Positions 1 through 7,904 of a stretch of DNA of 64,000 nt are shown here, piece by piece (position 1 is the first letter of the stretch; each line of letters starts with the position of its first letter). This stretch comes from Candidatus Krumholzibacteriota bacterium (lineage in GTDB: Bacteria; Krumholzibacteriota; Krumholzibacteriia; LZORAL124-64-63): the NCBI GenBank assembly GCA_039714075.1, contig JBDLKA010000002.1, forward strand, positions 29,807 to 93,806, in the 5' to 3' direction. Below the pieces are notes generated by a model, which did no database searches, had not been told where the DNA came from, and saw nothing but the letters and a program-made list of their open reading frames with translations. The position numbers were made by a program, and so were the translations under genes.

Positions 1-30
1 TGAACGAATTCCTGAACGGATTCTCTCGGA

Positions 31-106
31 GCTGGTGTAGCTCAGCTGGTAGAGCAGCTCACTCGTAATGAGCAGGTCTGCGGTTCGAGTCCGCACACCA
101 GCTCCA
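31..106 (+). tRNA. tRNA-Thr (anticodon CGT), CCA encoded
   Basis: Cloverleaf read by hand: acceptor GCTGGTG/CACCAGC, D-arm GCTC..GAGC, anticodon stem GCTCA/TGAGC with loop CTCGTAA, T-arm TGCGG-TTCGAGT-CCGCA, then discriminator and CCA. Confidence 0.85.
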
Positions 107-247
107 TTCAATATTCAGGCTGATTGGTTGGGGATACCTGCGGTGGCGCGGGTTTTTTTGTGCTTTATTGTGGGCCCGCCGGGAGCTAGGATGGCGGCAG
201 GGGTTGCCAACCGGAATGGCCGGTTCACCGTCGGAAAGGATTCCTCC

Positions 248-1582
248 ATGCCCTTGCGAGTCAGTATTTCCGGGATCCGCGGAGTGATAGGGGACGGCCT
301 GGACGCCGTCACGGTCGCCCGCTGGACTTCCGCCCTCGGCGCCTGGCTGCCGCCCGGTCCGGTGGTGGTCGGACGGGACACGCGGATCAGCGGTCCCATG
401 GTGCTGGATGCCGTATCGGCCGCCCTGGTTTCCACCGGCCACGACGTCTGGGACATCGGTCTGGCCACGACGCCCACGACCGAAATCGCCGTCCAGGAAT
501 CCGCTGCCGTCGGCGGGGTCATCATCACCGCCAGCCACAATCCCCAGCAGTGGAACGCCTTGAAATTCCTGTCCGGGGACGGTCTGTTCCTGACCGCGGC
601 CGAGAATCGCGAGGTGCGGCAGCGGTACGAGGATGGATCGGGTCACGTGGCCTTCGACCAGCTGGGAACCGTCAGTCGGCGTTCCGGGGCGGATCAACAG
701 CACATAGACGCCATCTGCGGTGTGCCCTGGCTTGATGTGGACCGGATCCGCGGGCGCAACCTGCACGCGGTGGTGGACGCGGTCGAGGGCGCCGGCGGAA
801 ACATCGTGCCCGCGCTGCTGGAGACCCTGGGCGTCCGCTGCACCCCGCTGTTCTGCGAAATGTCCGGCCGGTTTCCCCACGATCCCGAACCCACACCGTC
901 CCACCTGGGGGATCTGTGTGCCGAGGTACGATCCCAGGAGGCGGATCTCGGGTTCGCCGTCGATCCGGATGTCGACCGCCTGGCCCTGGTCGACGGCAAC
1001 GGCCGGGCCCTGAGCGAGGAAATGACCCTGGCGATCGCCGCCGATTTCCTGCTGGGCAAGACGCCCGGCCCCATGGCCGTCAACCTGTCCACGACCGGCC
1101 TTATCGAAAAGGTCGCCGCCGGCCACGGCCAAACCGTGCACCGGACCCCGGTGGGCGAGGCCAACGTGGTCGAGGCCATTCTCGCCCACGACTGCATTCT
1201 CGGGGGGGAAGGGAACGGGGGAGTCATCTACCCGACCATCCACGCCGGCCGCGACGCCCTGGTGGGTATCGCCATGGTGCTGCAGGCGGTGGCCGAAAGC
1301 GGCCGCACCCTGGCCGATATGGCCGATGCCCTGCCGCCTGTTTTCATGGTCAAGACCAAGGTCGCCAGTGACGAATTGCCCGCCGGCGACGACCTCGCCA
1401 AGCTGCTGTCCGGTCTGGGTGAAGGGAGCATCGACGACCGTGACGGCCTGAAATGGACCGGCGCGGATGCCTGGGTGCACGTGCGCCCCTCGAACACCGA
1501 GCCGGTGGTGCGGATCATCGCGGAAGCTAAAGACGAGGCCGCCGCCGTCGAACTCATCAACAGGGTCAAGGAGGGTTCCTGA
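248..1582 (+). CDS. glmM: Phosphohexomutase, most likely phosphoglucosamine mutase; true start is after the tRNA (the track ORF runs upstream into it)
   Basis: Has the GIRG and TASHNP phosphoserine-loop motifs of the alpha-D-phosphohexomutase family. AGGA Shine-Dalgarno 7 nt before ATG 248. Sits immediately upstream of glmS. Confidence 0.75.
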   Translation: MPLRVSISGIRGVIGDGLDAVTVARWTSALGAWLPPGPVVVGRDTRISGPMVLDAVSAALVSTGHDVWDIGLATTPTTEIAVQESAAVGGVIITASHNPQQWNALKFLSGDGLFLTAAENREVRQRYEDGSGHVAFDQLGTVSRRSGADQQHIDAICGVPWLDVDRIRGRNLHAVVDAVEGAGGNIVPALLETLGVRCTPLFCEMSGRFPHDPEPTPSHLGDLCAEVRSQEADLGFAVDPDVDRLALVDGNGRALSEEMTLAIAADFLLGKTPGPMAVNLSTTGLIEKVAAGHGQTVHRTPVGEANVVEAILAHDCILGGEGNGGVIYPTIHAGRDALVGIAMVLQAVAESGRTLADMADALPPVFMVKTKVASDELPAGDDLAKLLSGLGEGSIDDRDGLKWTGADAWVHVRPSNTEPVVRIIAEAKDEAAAVELINRVKEGS

Positions 1583-1705
1583 CCCGGGTCAATATCCGAC
1601 GGTGACTTTTTCCCCGTTCGGGTTTATCATGGGTCGGAAATTTTGATTAATAGCGCGATACCATAAAGGCGCCTGGATTACACTTGAATTACGGAGGATT
1701 TGCCG

Positions 1706-3526
1706 ATGTGCGGAATAGTTGGAGTGGTGGGCAGCCCGGACGCCGCGTCGATCCTGCTTGAAGGTCTCAAAAGACTGGAATACAGGGGATACGACAGCGC
1801 GGGCCTCGTCATCATGACTCCCGACCGTCAGCATGTGGTCAAGGAGAAGGGCAAGATAGTCAACCTCGAGGGCGCCCTCAAATGGGATGAACTCAAGGGA
1901 TCCTGCGGGATCGCCCACACCCGTTGGGCGACGCACGGGGCGCCCAACCAGGTCAACGCCCATCCCCATGTCTCGGGCAAGGTGGCCCTGGTCCACAACG
2001 GCATCATCGAAAACCACGGCGCCCTGAAGGTGCAGCTGACCAGCAAGGGCCACGAATTCGAATCCCAGACCGATACCGAGGTCCTGGTCCACCTGATCGA
2101 GGATTTCTACGACGGCGACCTGGTCAAGGCCGTGCAACTGGCCCTGGGTGTCGTCGAAGGCGCCTACGGCATCGCGGTGACCCACCTGGACGAACCGGAC
2201 CTGATCATCGGCGCGCGCAAGGGCAGCCCTCTGGTCGTGGGCGTCGGCGAGGGCGTGAACTACCTGGCCAGCGACGTGGCCGCGGTCATGGGCCACACCC
2301 GCCAGGTCATCTACCTGGACGACGGCGAGATGGTGACCCTGCGTCCCGAGGGCGTGGTGACGACGACCATCGACAACGAGGAGATCACCAAGGAGATCCA
2401 GGAGATCACCTGGGACCTGGGCCAGATCCAGAAGGGCGGCTACGAGCACTTCATGCTCAAGGAGATCTTCGAGCAGCCGCAGACCATTCGCGATTCCTTC
2501 CGCGGCCGGATCCTGCCTGAAGGCGGCGACGTGAAGCTGGGGGGCATCGAACTGACCGACTGGGAGCTGCGCAACATCCGCCGGATCATCATCCTGGCCT
2601 GCGGGACCTCGTGGCACGCGGGTCTGGTGGGCGAGTATCTGCTGGAGGAATACGCGCACATTCCGGTGGAAGTCGAGTACGCCTCGGAGTTCCGCTACCG
2701 TTCGCCGATCATCGAGCCGGGCACCCTGTGCCTGGTGATCAGCCAGAGCGGCGAGACCATCGATACGCTGGAAGCCATGCGCGAGGCCAAGCGCAAGGGC
2801 GCCAAAGTGCTGGGCATCACCAACGTGGTGGGCTCGACCATCGCGCGCGAGAGCGAGTGCGGGGTCTACATTCACGCCGGGCCCGAGATCGGGGTCGCTT
2901 CGACCAAGGCCTTCACCAGCCAGGTGACGATCCTGGCGCTGATGGCCATCCTGTTCGGCCGGCGCACCCACCTGAGCGCCGACCGCGGCAAGCAGATGCT
3001 GGACGAGCTGGTCAGGCTGCCCGACCTGGTGCAGAAGGTGCTGGACCAGTCCGACGCCATCAAGGAAATCGCCGAGGTTTACGCGGGCCACAAGAACTGC
3101 CTGTACCTGGGGCGCGGGGTGAACTTCCCGATCGCCCTGGAGGGCGCGCTGAAGCTGAAGGAGATCAGCTACATCCACGCCGAGGGTTATCCCGCCGCGG
3201 AGATGAAGCACGGTCCCATCGCGTTGATCGATCCGGAAATGCCGGTGGTCGTGATCGCGACCAAGGACGGCAGCTACGACAAGATCGTCGGCAACGTGCA
3301 GGAGGTGCGGGCGCGTGACGGGAAGATCATTTCCATCGTCACCGAGGGTGACACGGAGATCGCCGACCTGAGCGATCACGTGATCACCATTCCCGAGACG
3401 ATGAACTTTTGGACGCCTTTGCTGTCGGTGATTCCGCTTCAGCTGCTGGCGTACCATATCGCCGTTATCAGGGGCGAGGACGTGGACCAGCCGCGCAACC
3501 TCGCAAAGGCGGTCACGGTCGAATAG
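1706..3526 (+). CDS. glmS: Glutamine--fructose-6-phosphate aminotransferase
   Basis: N-terminal MCGIVG (Ntn-amidotransferase Cys1), two SIS domains, C-terminal ...AKAVTVE. GGAGGA Shine-Dalgarno 6 nt upstream of ATG 1706. Confidence 0.95.
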   Translation: MCGIVGVVGSPDAASILLEGLKRLEYRGYDSAGLVIMTPDRQHVVKEKGKIVNLEGALKWDELKGSCGIAHTRWATHGAPNQVNAHPHVSGKVALVHNGIIENHGALKVQLTSKGHEFESQTDTEVLVHLIEDFYDGDLVKAVQLALGVVEGAYGIAVTHLDEPDLIIGARKGSPLVVGVGEGVNYLASDVAAVMGHTRQVIYLDDGEMVTLRPEGVVTTTIDNEEITKEIQEITWDLGQIQKGGYEHFMLKEIFEQPQTIRDSFRGRILPEGGDVKLGGIELTDWELRNIRRIIILACGTSWHAGLVGEYLLEEYAHIPVEVEYASEFRYRSPIIEPGTLCLVISQSGETIDTLEAMREAKRKGAKVLGITNVVGSTIARESECGVYIHAGPEIGVASTKAFTSQVTILALMAILFGRRTHLSADRGKQMLDELVRLPDLVQKVLDQSDAIKEIAEVYAGHKNCLYLGRGVNFPIALEGALKLKEISYIHAEGYPAAEMKHGPIALIDPEMPVVVIATKDGSYDKIVGNVQEVRARDGKIISIVTEGDTEIADLSDHVITIPETMNFWTPLLSVIPLQLLAYHIAVIRGEDVDQPRNLAKAVTVE

Positions 3527-3551
3527 GCCGGGTTACCCCCCGTTCGGGGAT

Positions 3552-3582
3552 GGAGGGCGGCGGCTTCTTGTCGCCGCCCTCC
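3552..3582 (+). terminator. GC-rich perfect hairpin after glmS (GGAGGGCGGCGG..CGCCGCCCTCC) with no T-run
   Basis: 11-bp perfect stem seen directly in the sequence. The missing U-tract lowers confidence that it is an intrinsic terminator. Confidence 0.4.
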
Positions 3583-3691
3583 TCGCGTTACGGGACCTTC
3601 CACGAACCCACTTCCCGGGGCATCCCACGACGCCCGTGGTGGGAAATGACCCGGACTACCATGCGATATGTTTACAGGAGTTATTTTGTCT

Positions 3692-3726
3692 GATATGATG
3701 AGGTCCAACAGATATGATGAGGTCCA
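3692..3726 (+). repeat. Tandem direct repeat GATATGATGAGGTCCA x2, with a third partial copy ATATGATGA at 3746-3754, overlapping candidate start codons of the downstream gene
   Basis: Exact 16-mer at 3692-3707 and 3711-3726, seen in sequence. Confidence 0.6.
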
Positions 3727-3746
3727 TACAGAATGTAGGTGCCAAT

Positions 3747-5747
3747 ATGATGAATTTTCTAAAAACCGTCCCGATTGCCATCCTCGCTGGATCCATTGCT
3801 CTGCTGTTCCTTGTGCCTGTCTCATCCCTTGCGGGCGGAACGGTGGAGGTATGGGGCTATCAGGTGATTCTCCCTCTCGACGAGATGACCGATATCGTGA
3901 AGATCGCCAACGGGGTGGGCTACGATCTGGCCCTGAGGTCCGACGGGACCCTGGTGGCCTGGGGGAACAACGATTCCGGCCAGTGTGACGTTCCGGTGGC
4001 CGCCGAACCCTTTGTCGACATCGCCGCGGGAAACGGTCACGGCCTGGCCCTCACCGAATCCGGAATCGTCTACGAATGGGGCGCCCCCTGGGGAACCCCG
4101 CTCGACGACCCCACCGGCTTCACTGCCATCGCGACCTTAGGCGACCACAGCCTGGGCCTGAAGGAGGACGGCTCCATCGTCGCCTGGGGTTTCGCCTGGT
4201 TCGGTGCTGAGATTGTCCCCGAACCCAACGAGGACTGGGTGGCCATCGCAGCTTCGTTCGATCAGAGCTTCGGTGTGAAGTCCGATGGCTCCGTCTTCCT
4301 GTGGGGAAACGTGACCATGGAATGGCCCACACCCATCACGGACGTCAAGTCCATCAAACTCAATTTCACCAATGCCCTTGTTCTGCGGAATGACGGCAGC
4401 ATCGTTCCCGTCGGATCCTTTCCGTATGAAGAGGACCTTATTCCGGAGCCGAACATCGGCTTCCGGGACGTGGACCTTGGTCTGGCTCACGCCCGGGGCA
4501 TCCGGGCTGACGGAACCATGATCAGTTGGGGCAGCGGGACCTTCTGGGCGACCGACCCGCCGGCTCCCAACAGTGGGTTTTTAAGTGTTGCGGCCATCGA
4601 CACCCATTACGTCGCTCTTCGGGAAGACGGAACGGTTTCCGTCTGGGGCAGGAACAGCGATGGGCAGAGTGGCCCCCAACCGCCGGTCCCCGATCCGGTG
4701 GAGGTTTCCTGCAACGATTTCCACGGAGTGGTCCTTGATCGCAGCGGCACGATCTCTACCTGGGGCGAATTGCCCCCGGCCCCCGAGCCCAATGAGGATT
4801 TCATCAAGATCGCCACCTCCCATAACGGGGCGGCCGGTTTGAAAAGCACCGGGGAGATCGTCATCTGGAAGCGTCCCTTCGGCTATTCGGTTACTCCCCT
4901 CAATAGCGGGGATTACGTGGATGTCGCCGCGGGTTACGAACATTACCTCGGCCTGCGCTCCAACGGCTCGATCGACGTCACCGGCTATGACAGGCGACCC
5001 GTGCCCGAACCCAATACGGGTTTCACCGCCATCGCGGCGGGAAATGACGTCAGCATGGGGTTGAAGGAGGATGGGTCCATCGTGGTCTGGGGGGGGGGCA
5101 ATCCTGTGGCCTCCGTGAACCCGCCCGAGCCCAACCCGGGCTACGTGGACATGGCGGCTGGGTGGGGATGGGCCGTAGTCCTCAAGGATGACGGGACCAT
5201 CGTGGCCTGGGGAGGCTGGACGACCCCCACCGAGGGAAACCACGACTTGGTGTCCATCGACGCCAGCACTTTCTTCTTGGTGGGCCTTCATTCCGACGGG
5301 TCGGTCGAGATATGGGATATCTATGGTACTGCACCTCCTTCCTTTCTGGACGTGCCCCAGCCCAACGCGGGCTTCATCAGGGTGGAAATCGGCCAGGGCG
5401 GGATCGCCGCCATCAGGGACCCGGCGGCCAGTCCGGTCGATCAGGACCTTCCCGGCCCCGTCCACACGGCCCTGGATCTGGCCGTCAGTCCGAACCCCTT
5501 CAACCCCCGGTTGGCGGTGATGGTCACCAGCGCCGTTTCCGCCGGGGTCACCCTCGAGGTCCTGGATGTCCGGGGACGCAGGGTCAAGGTCATCTGGCGG
5601 GGTGAACTCCCGGCCGGAGGAAGCCATTCCGCAGTTTGGGACGGGCGCGACGGAGCCGGTCGGTCCATGCCCTCGGGAACCTATTTCGTGCAGGCGAGAA
5701 ATTTCGGAACGCGCGGGGCGGTGCAGAAGATATCCCTGATCCGGTGA
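3747..5747 (+). CDS. Secreted RCC1-repeat (beta-propeller) protein with a C-terminal T9SS-type / FlgD-Ig-like sorting domain
   Basis: Signal peptide MMNFLKTVPIAILAGSIALLFLVPVSSLAGG. Repeated xxWGxNxxGQ blades. C-terminal ~90 aa (SPNPFNP...WDGRD...GTYF...KISLIR) matches the Por_Secre_tail / FlgD Ig-like architecture. Start could be 3714 or 3747. Confidence 0.75.
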   Translation: MMNFLKTVPIAILAGSIALLFLVPVSSLAGGTVEVWGYQVILPLDEMTDIVKIANGVGYDLALRSDGTLVAWGNNDSGQCDVPVAAEPFVDIAAGNGHGLALTESGIVYEWGAPWGTPLDDPTGFTAIATLGDHSLGLKEDGSIVAWGFAWFGAEIVPEPNEDWVAIAASFDQSFGVKSDGSVFLWGNVTMEWPTPITDVKSIKLNFTNALVLRNDGSIVPVGSFPYEEDLIPEPNIGFRDVDLGLAHARGIRADGTMISWGSGTFWATDPPAPNSGFLSVAAIDTHYVALREDGTVSVWGRNSDGQSGPQPPVPDPVEVSCNDFHGVVLDRSGTISTWGELPPAPEPNEDFIKIATSHNGAAGLKSTGEIVIWKRPFGYSVTPLNSGDYVDVAAGYEHYLGLRSNGSIDVTGYDRRPVPEPNTGFTAIAAGNDVSMGLKEDGSIVVWGGGNPVASVNPPEPNPGYVDMAAGWGWAVVLKDDGTIVAWGGWTTPTEGNHDLVSIDASTFFLVGLHSDGSVEIWDIYGTAPPSFLDVPQPNAGFIRVEIGQGGIAAIRDPAASPVDQDLPGPVHTALDLAVSPNPFNPRLAVMVTSAVSAGVTLEVLDVRGRRVKVIWRGELPAGGSHSAVWDGRDGAGRSMPSGTYFVQARNFGTRGAVQKISLIR

Positions 5748-5750
5748 GGG

Positions 5751-6185
5751 GTGATCCCACGTGACCACTTTGGGTTGGCGCGCCTGGCGTCCTACCCGTG
5801 CTGGATTCCCGTGGCCGCCGGTCGCTTCGACCTGGTGGCGGCCCTCGGCGGCGACGGGACGGTGCACGAGGTGGCCCTCGGGCTGGCGGGGACATCCTGT
5901 CCCATGGCCGTGATCGCGACCAAGGACGGCAGCTACGACAAGATCGTCGGCAACGTGCAGGAAGTGCGGACGCGCGATGGCAAGATCATCTCGGTCGTCA
6001 CCGAGGGCGACACCGAGATCGCCGACCTGAGCGATCACGTGATCACTATTCCCGAGACGATGAACTTCTGGACGCCGCTGCTTTCCGTGATTCCGCTGCA
6101 GCTGTTGGCGTATCATATCGCGGTTATCCGCGGGGAAGACGTGGACCAGCCGCGCAATCTGGCCAAGGCGGTCACGGTGGAATGA
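5751..6185 (+). pseudogene. Chimeric gene fragment: internal ~100 nt of a DagK-family kinase fused in frame to the last ~270 nt of glmS
   Basis: aa FDLVAALGGDGTVHEVALGLAGTSCPMAV resembles DagK 7005..7904 (FDLVVALGGDGTVHETATGLAGTGCTMAV). aa IATKDGSYDKIVGNVQEVRTRDGKIISVVTEGDTEIADLSDHVITIPETMNFWTPLLSVIPLQLLAYHIAVIRGEDVDQPRNLAKAVTVE is nearly identical to the glmS C-terminus. Nucleotide identity to glmS 3256-3526 looks like roughly 90% by eye, with differences mostly synonymous. Confidence 0.6.
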
Positions 6186-6317
6186 TCGTCGTTTGATTCG
6201 AACTGCGGGACAAGAGGCCGTGACATCGTGTCACGGCCTCTTTCGGGTTACGGCGCCCTCCGCCATCCATGGCTCCGGGGACCTCCACACGCCCGCAGTT
6301 CGAACCAAACGACGATC
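6184..6317. repeat. 26-bp inverted repeats (1 mismatch) flanking an ~80-bp core that contains a 14-bp perfect hairpin; either a MITE-like element or a compound terminator
   Basis: GATCGTCGTTTGATTCGAACTGCGGG at 6184-6209 versus CCCGCAGTTCGAACCAAACGACGATC at 6292-6317. Inner hairpin AAGAGGCCGTGACA-TCG-TGTCACGGCCTCTT at 6212-6242. Confidence 0.5.
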
Positions 6318-6430
6318 ACTCCGCTGCGGCACCCCTGGTCAAAATCGGTTGGTAACGATCGTCCCCCTGATATATGCTACGTACGCACTTAAATGGACTT
6401 GGGACAATCCTTACGAAAATGGGAGAAGGC

Positions 6431-6811
6431 ATGACACGGAAGATCATCAAGACAAAGAACGCGCCCGCGGCCATCGGGCCCTACAGCCAGGCCAACGCCG
6501 CCGGCGGATTTTTGTTCACGGCCGGGCAGATCCCGCTGGATCCGGCCACCATGGAAATCGTGGGTGAGACGGCGGCCGAGCAGGCCCGGCTGGCCCTGAC
6601 CAACGCGAAGAATGTTGTGGAGGCCGGGGGACTGACCCTGGACAACGTGCTCAAGGTCACCGTCTTCATCCGGGACATGGGAGAGTTCGCCGCGATCAAC
6701 GAGGTCTACCAGACGTTTTTCACGGGGGAACCTCCCGCGCGCTCGGTGGTTGAAGTGTCCGGGCTGCCCAAAGATGTGCTGGTTGAAGTGGAAATGATTG
6801 CTTATGGTTGA
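6431..6811 (+). CDS. ridA: RidA/YjgF family reactive-intermediate deaminase
   Basis: 126 aa YjgF/chorismate-mutase-like fold sequence (AIGPYSQA..., ...VEVEMIAYG). GGGAGAAGG Shine-Dalgarno before ATG 6431. Confidence 0.85.
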   Translation: MTRKIIKTKNAPAAIGPYSQANAAGGFLFTAGQIPLDPATMEIVGETAAEQARLALTNAKNVVEAGGLTLDNVLKVTVFIRDMGEFAAINEVYQTFFTGEPPARSVVEVSGLPKDVLVEVEMIAYG

Positions 6812-6865
6812 TTCATGGCGGTCGCGCCGCTCTTGTGTGAGGCGGCTGCCCTGAATATCGAGACA

Positions 6866-6966
6866 GGCGGGAATGAGTGTGGTCTGGTGACTGCCGGGGA
6901 CTTCAAATCCTTCTGTCGGGCGCGTTTACCGTCCGAGGTGGGTTCGATTCCCACACATTCCCGCCA
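6866..6966 (+). tRNA. tRNA-Sec-like gene (selC candidate), anticodon TCA, long variable arm, about 101 nt
   Basis: GGACTTCAAATCC anticodon arm matches E. coli selC. 8-bp acceptor GGCGGGAA/TTCCCGCC, or 10 bp if extended. T-arm GTGGG-TTCGATT-CCCAC. Followed by a T7 run. D-arm pairing and 1-3 unpaired nt between the T-stem and acceptor are irregular, so it could be degenerate. Confidence 0.5.
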
Positions 6967-7004
6967 CTTTTTTTGTTTCCCGTTTCCTGAACCCGGAGTT
7001 TGAC

Positions 7005-7904
7005 GTGAGCCGCCTGCTCGTGATCGCCAACCCGTATTCGGGCAACGCCCGCAAGCGGACCGATCCCGGTGCGGTGGCCGGTCGTCTGCGGGAGATGGGG
7101 CACGAGGTCGAGACCCATCTGACCACGGGTCCCGGTGACGCCACGGTCCAGGCGGGACGGGCCGCGGGTAATTTCGACCTGGTGGTGGCCCTCGGCGGCG
7201 ACGGCACCGTTCACGAAACGGCCACCGGACTGGCGGGCACCGGCTGCACGATGGCGGTGCTGCCGTCGGGCAGCGGCAACGATTTCGCCACCGGGATCGG
7301 CTGTGCGACGGTGGAAGCGGGGCTGGCGGCCATCGGTTCGGGTCATGATCTGGCTGTTGATGTCTGCGCCCTGGACGGAGAAAAGTTTGTCAACACCCTG
7401 GGGCTTTTTGCCAGCGGCCTGGTGTCCGGCGGGGCGTCCCATTTGTGGCGCTGGCTGGGCGGCGCCAGGTACACGCTGGCCGCCGTGGCGACTCTTTTGA
7501 AATACCGGGGACAGGATGTGGCCTGGGAAGTCGGCGGGGTCGAGGGCGGTGCGGAAGAGTTTTTCGGGCGGTTCTTTTTCGCCGAGATCTGCAACGGACC
7601 CTTGACCGGTGGCGGCTTTCGTTTCGCACCCGACGCACGTTTCGACGACGGGCTGCTGGACGCTTGTCTGATCCGCCCGGTGGGCCCGGTGGCCGGTCTG
7701 AAACTGCTGCCGGCCGCCTCAAGGGGAGATCGCGTCGAGCACGAGGCCATCAGCGTGGTCCGCTGCCGGAGCCTGGCTTTCACCAGTGACGAGCCGGTGG
7801 CGGTCCATCTGGACGGCGAGCCCAAGGTTGTCGCCGCCGGCCGCCATGTGGTCGAAGTCCTGGATGAAAAACTGATCGTACGCATGGGGAAGGGACCGCG
7901 ATGA
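7005..7904 (+). CDS. Diacylglycerol kinase catalytic-domain family lipid kinase (YegS/DagK-like)
   Basis: GGDGT motif, N-terminal LVIANPYSG. GTG start with GGAG Shine-Dalgarno. Stop overlaps the next start (ATGA). Confidence 0.85.
   Translation: MSRLLVIANPYSGNARKRTDPGAVAGRLREMGHEVETHLTTGPGDATVQAGRAAGNFDLVVALGGDGTVHETATGLAGTGCTMAVLPSGSGNDFATGIGCATVEAGLAAIGSGHDLAVDVCALDGEKFVNTLGLFASGLVSGGASHLWRWLGGARYTLAAVATLLKYRGQDVAWEVGGVEGGAEEFFGRFFFAEICNGPLTGGGFRFAPDARFDDGLLDACLIRPVGPVAGLKLLPAASRGDRVEHEAISVVRCRSLAFTSDEPVAVHLDGEPKVVAAGRHVVEVLDEKLIVRMGKGPR

Noticed and set aside
59-1480. 473-aa minus-strand ORF antisense to the glmM-like gene
   Set aside because: It fully overlaps a well-supported plus-strand gene and even the tRNA-Thr. 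Its composition is low-complexity Gly/Ala/Arg-rich, typical of antisense frames in high-GC DNA, with no Shine-Dalgarno and no recognisable domain.
1583-1705. Possible glmS ribozyme upstream of glmS
   Set aside because: The spacer is only ~120 nt and lacks the conserved glmS ribozyme core, and a Shine-Dalgarno lies immediately upstream of the ATG. It is probably just a promoter region.
1589-3457. 622-aa minus-strand ORF antisense to glmS
   Set aside because: Same reasoning: antisense to a highly conserved gene, with low-complexity translation.
4581-6116. 511-aa minus-strand ORF antisense to the RCC1-repeat gene and the glmS fragment
   Set aside because: Gly/Arg/Pro-rich low-complexity translation with no motifs; the sense-strand genes have clear domain structure.
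3527-6430. Tn7-like or integrase-bearing element at glmS
   Set aside because: The repeat architecture fits insertion at the glmS 3' end, but no transposase or integrase ORF or terminal repeats of a known family are present. It is only reportable as a mosaic/remnant.
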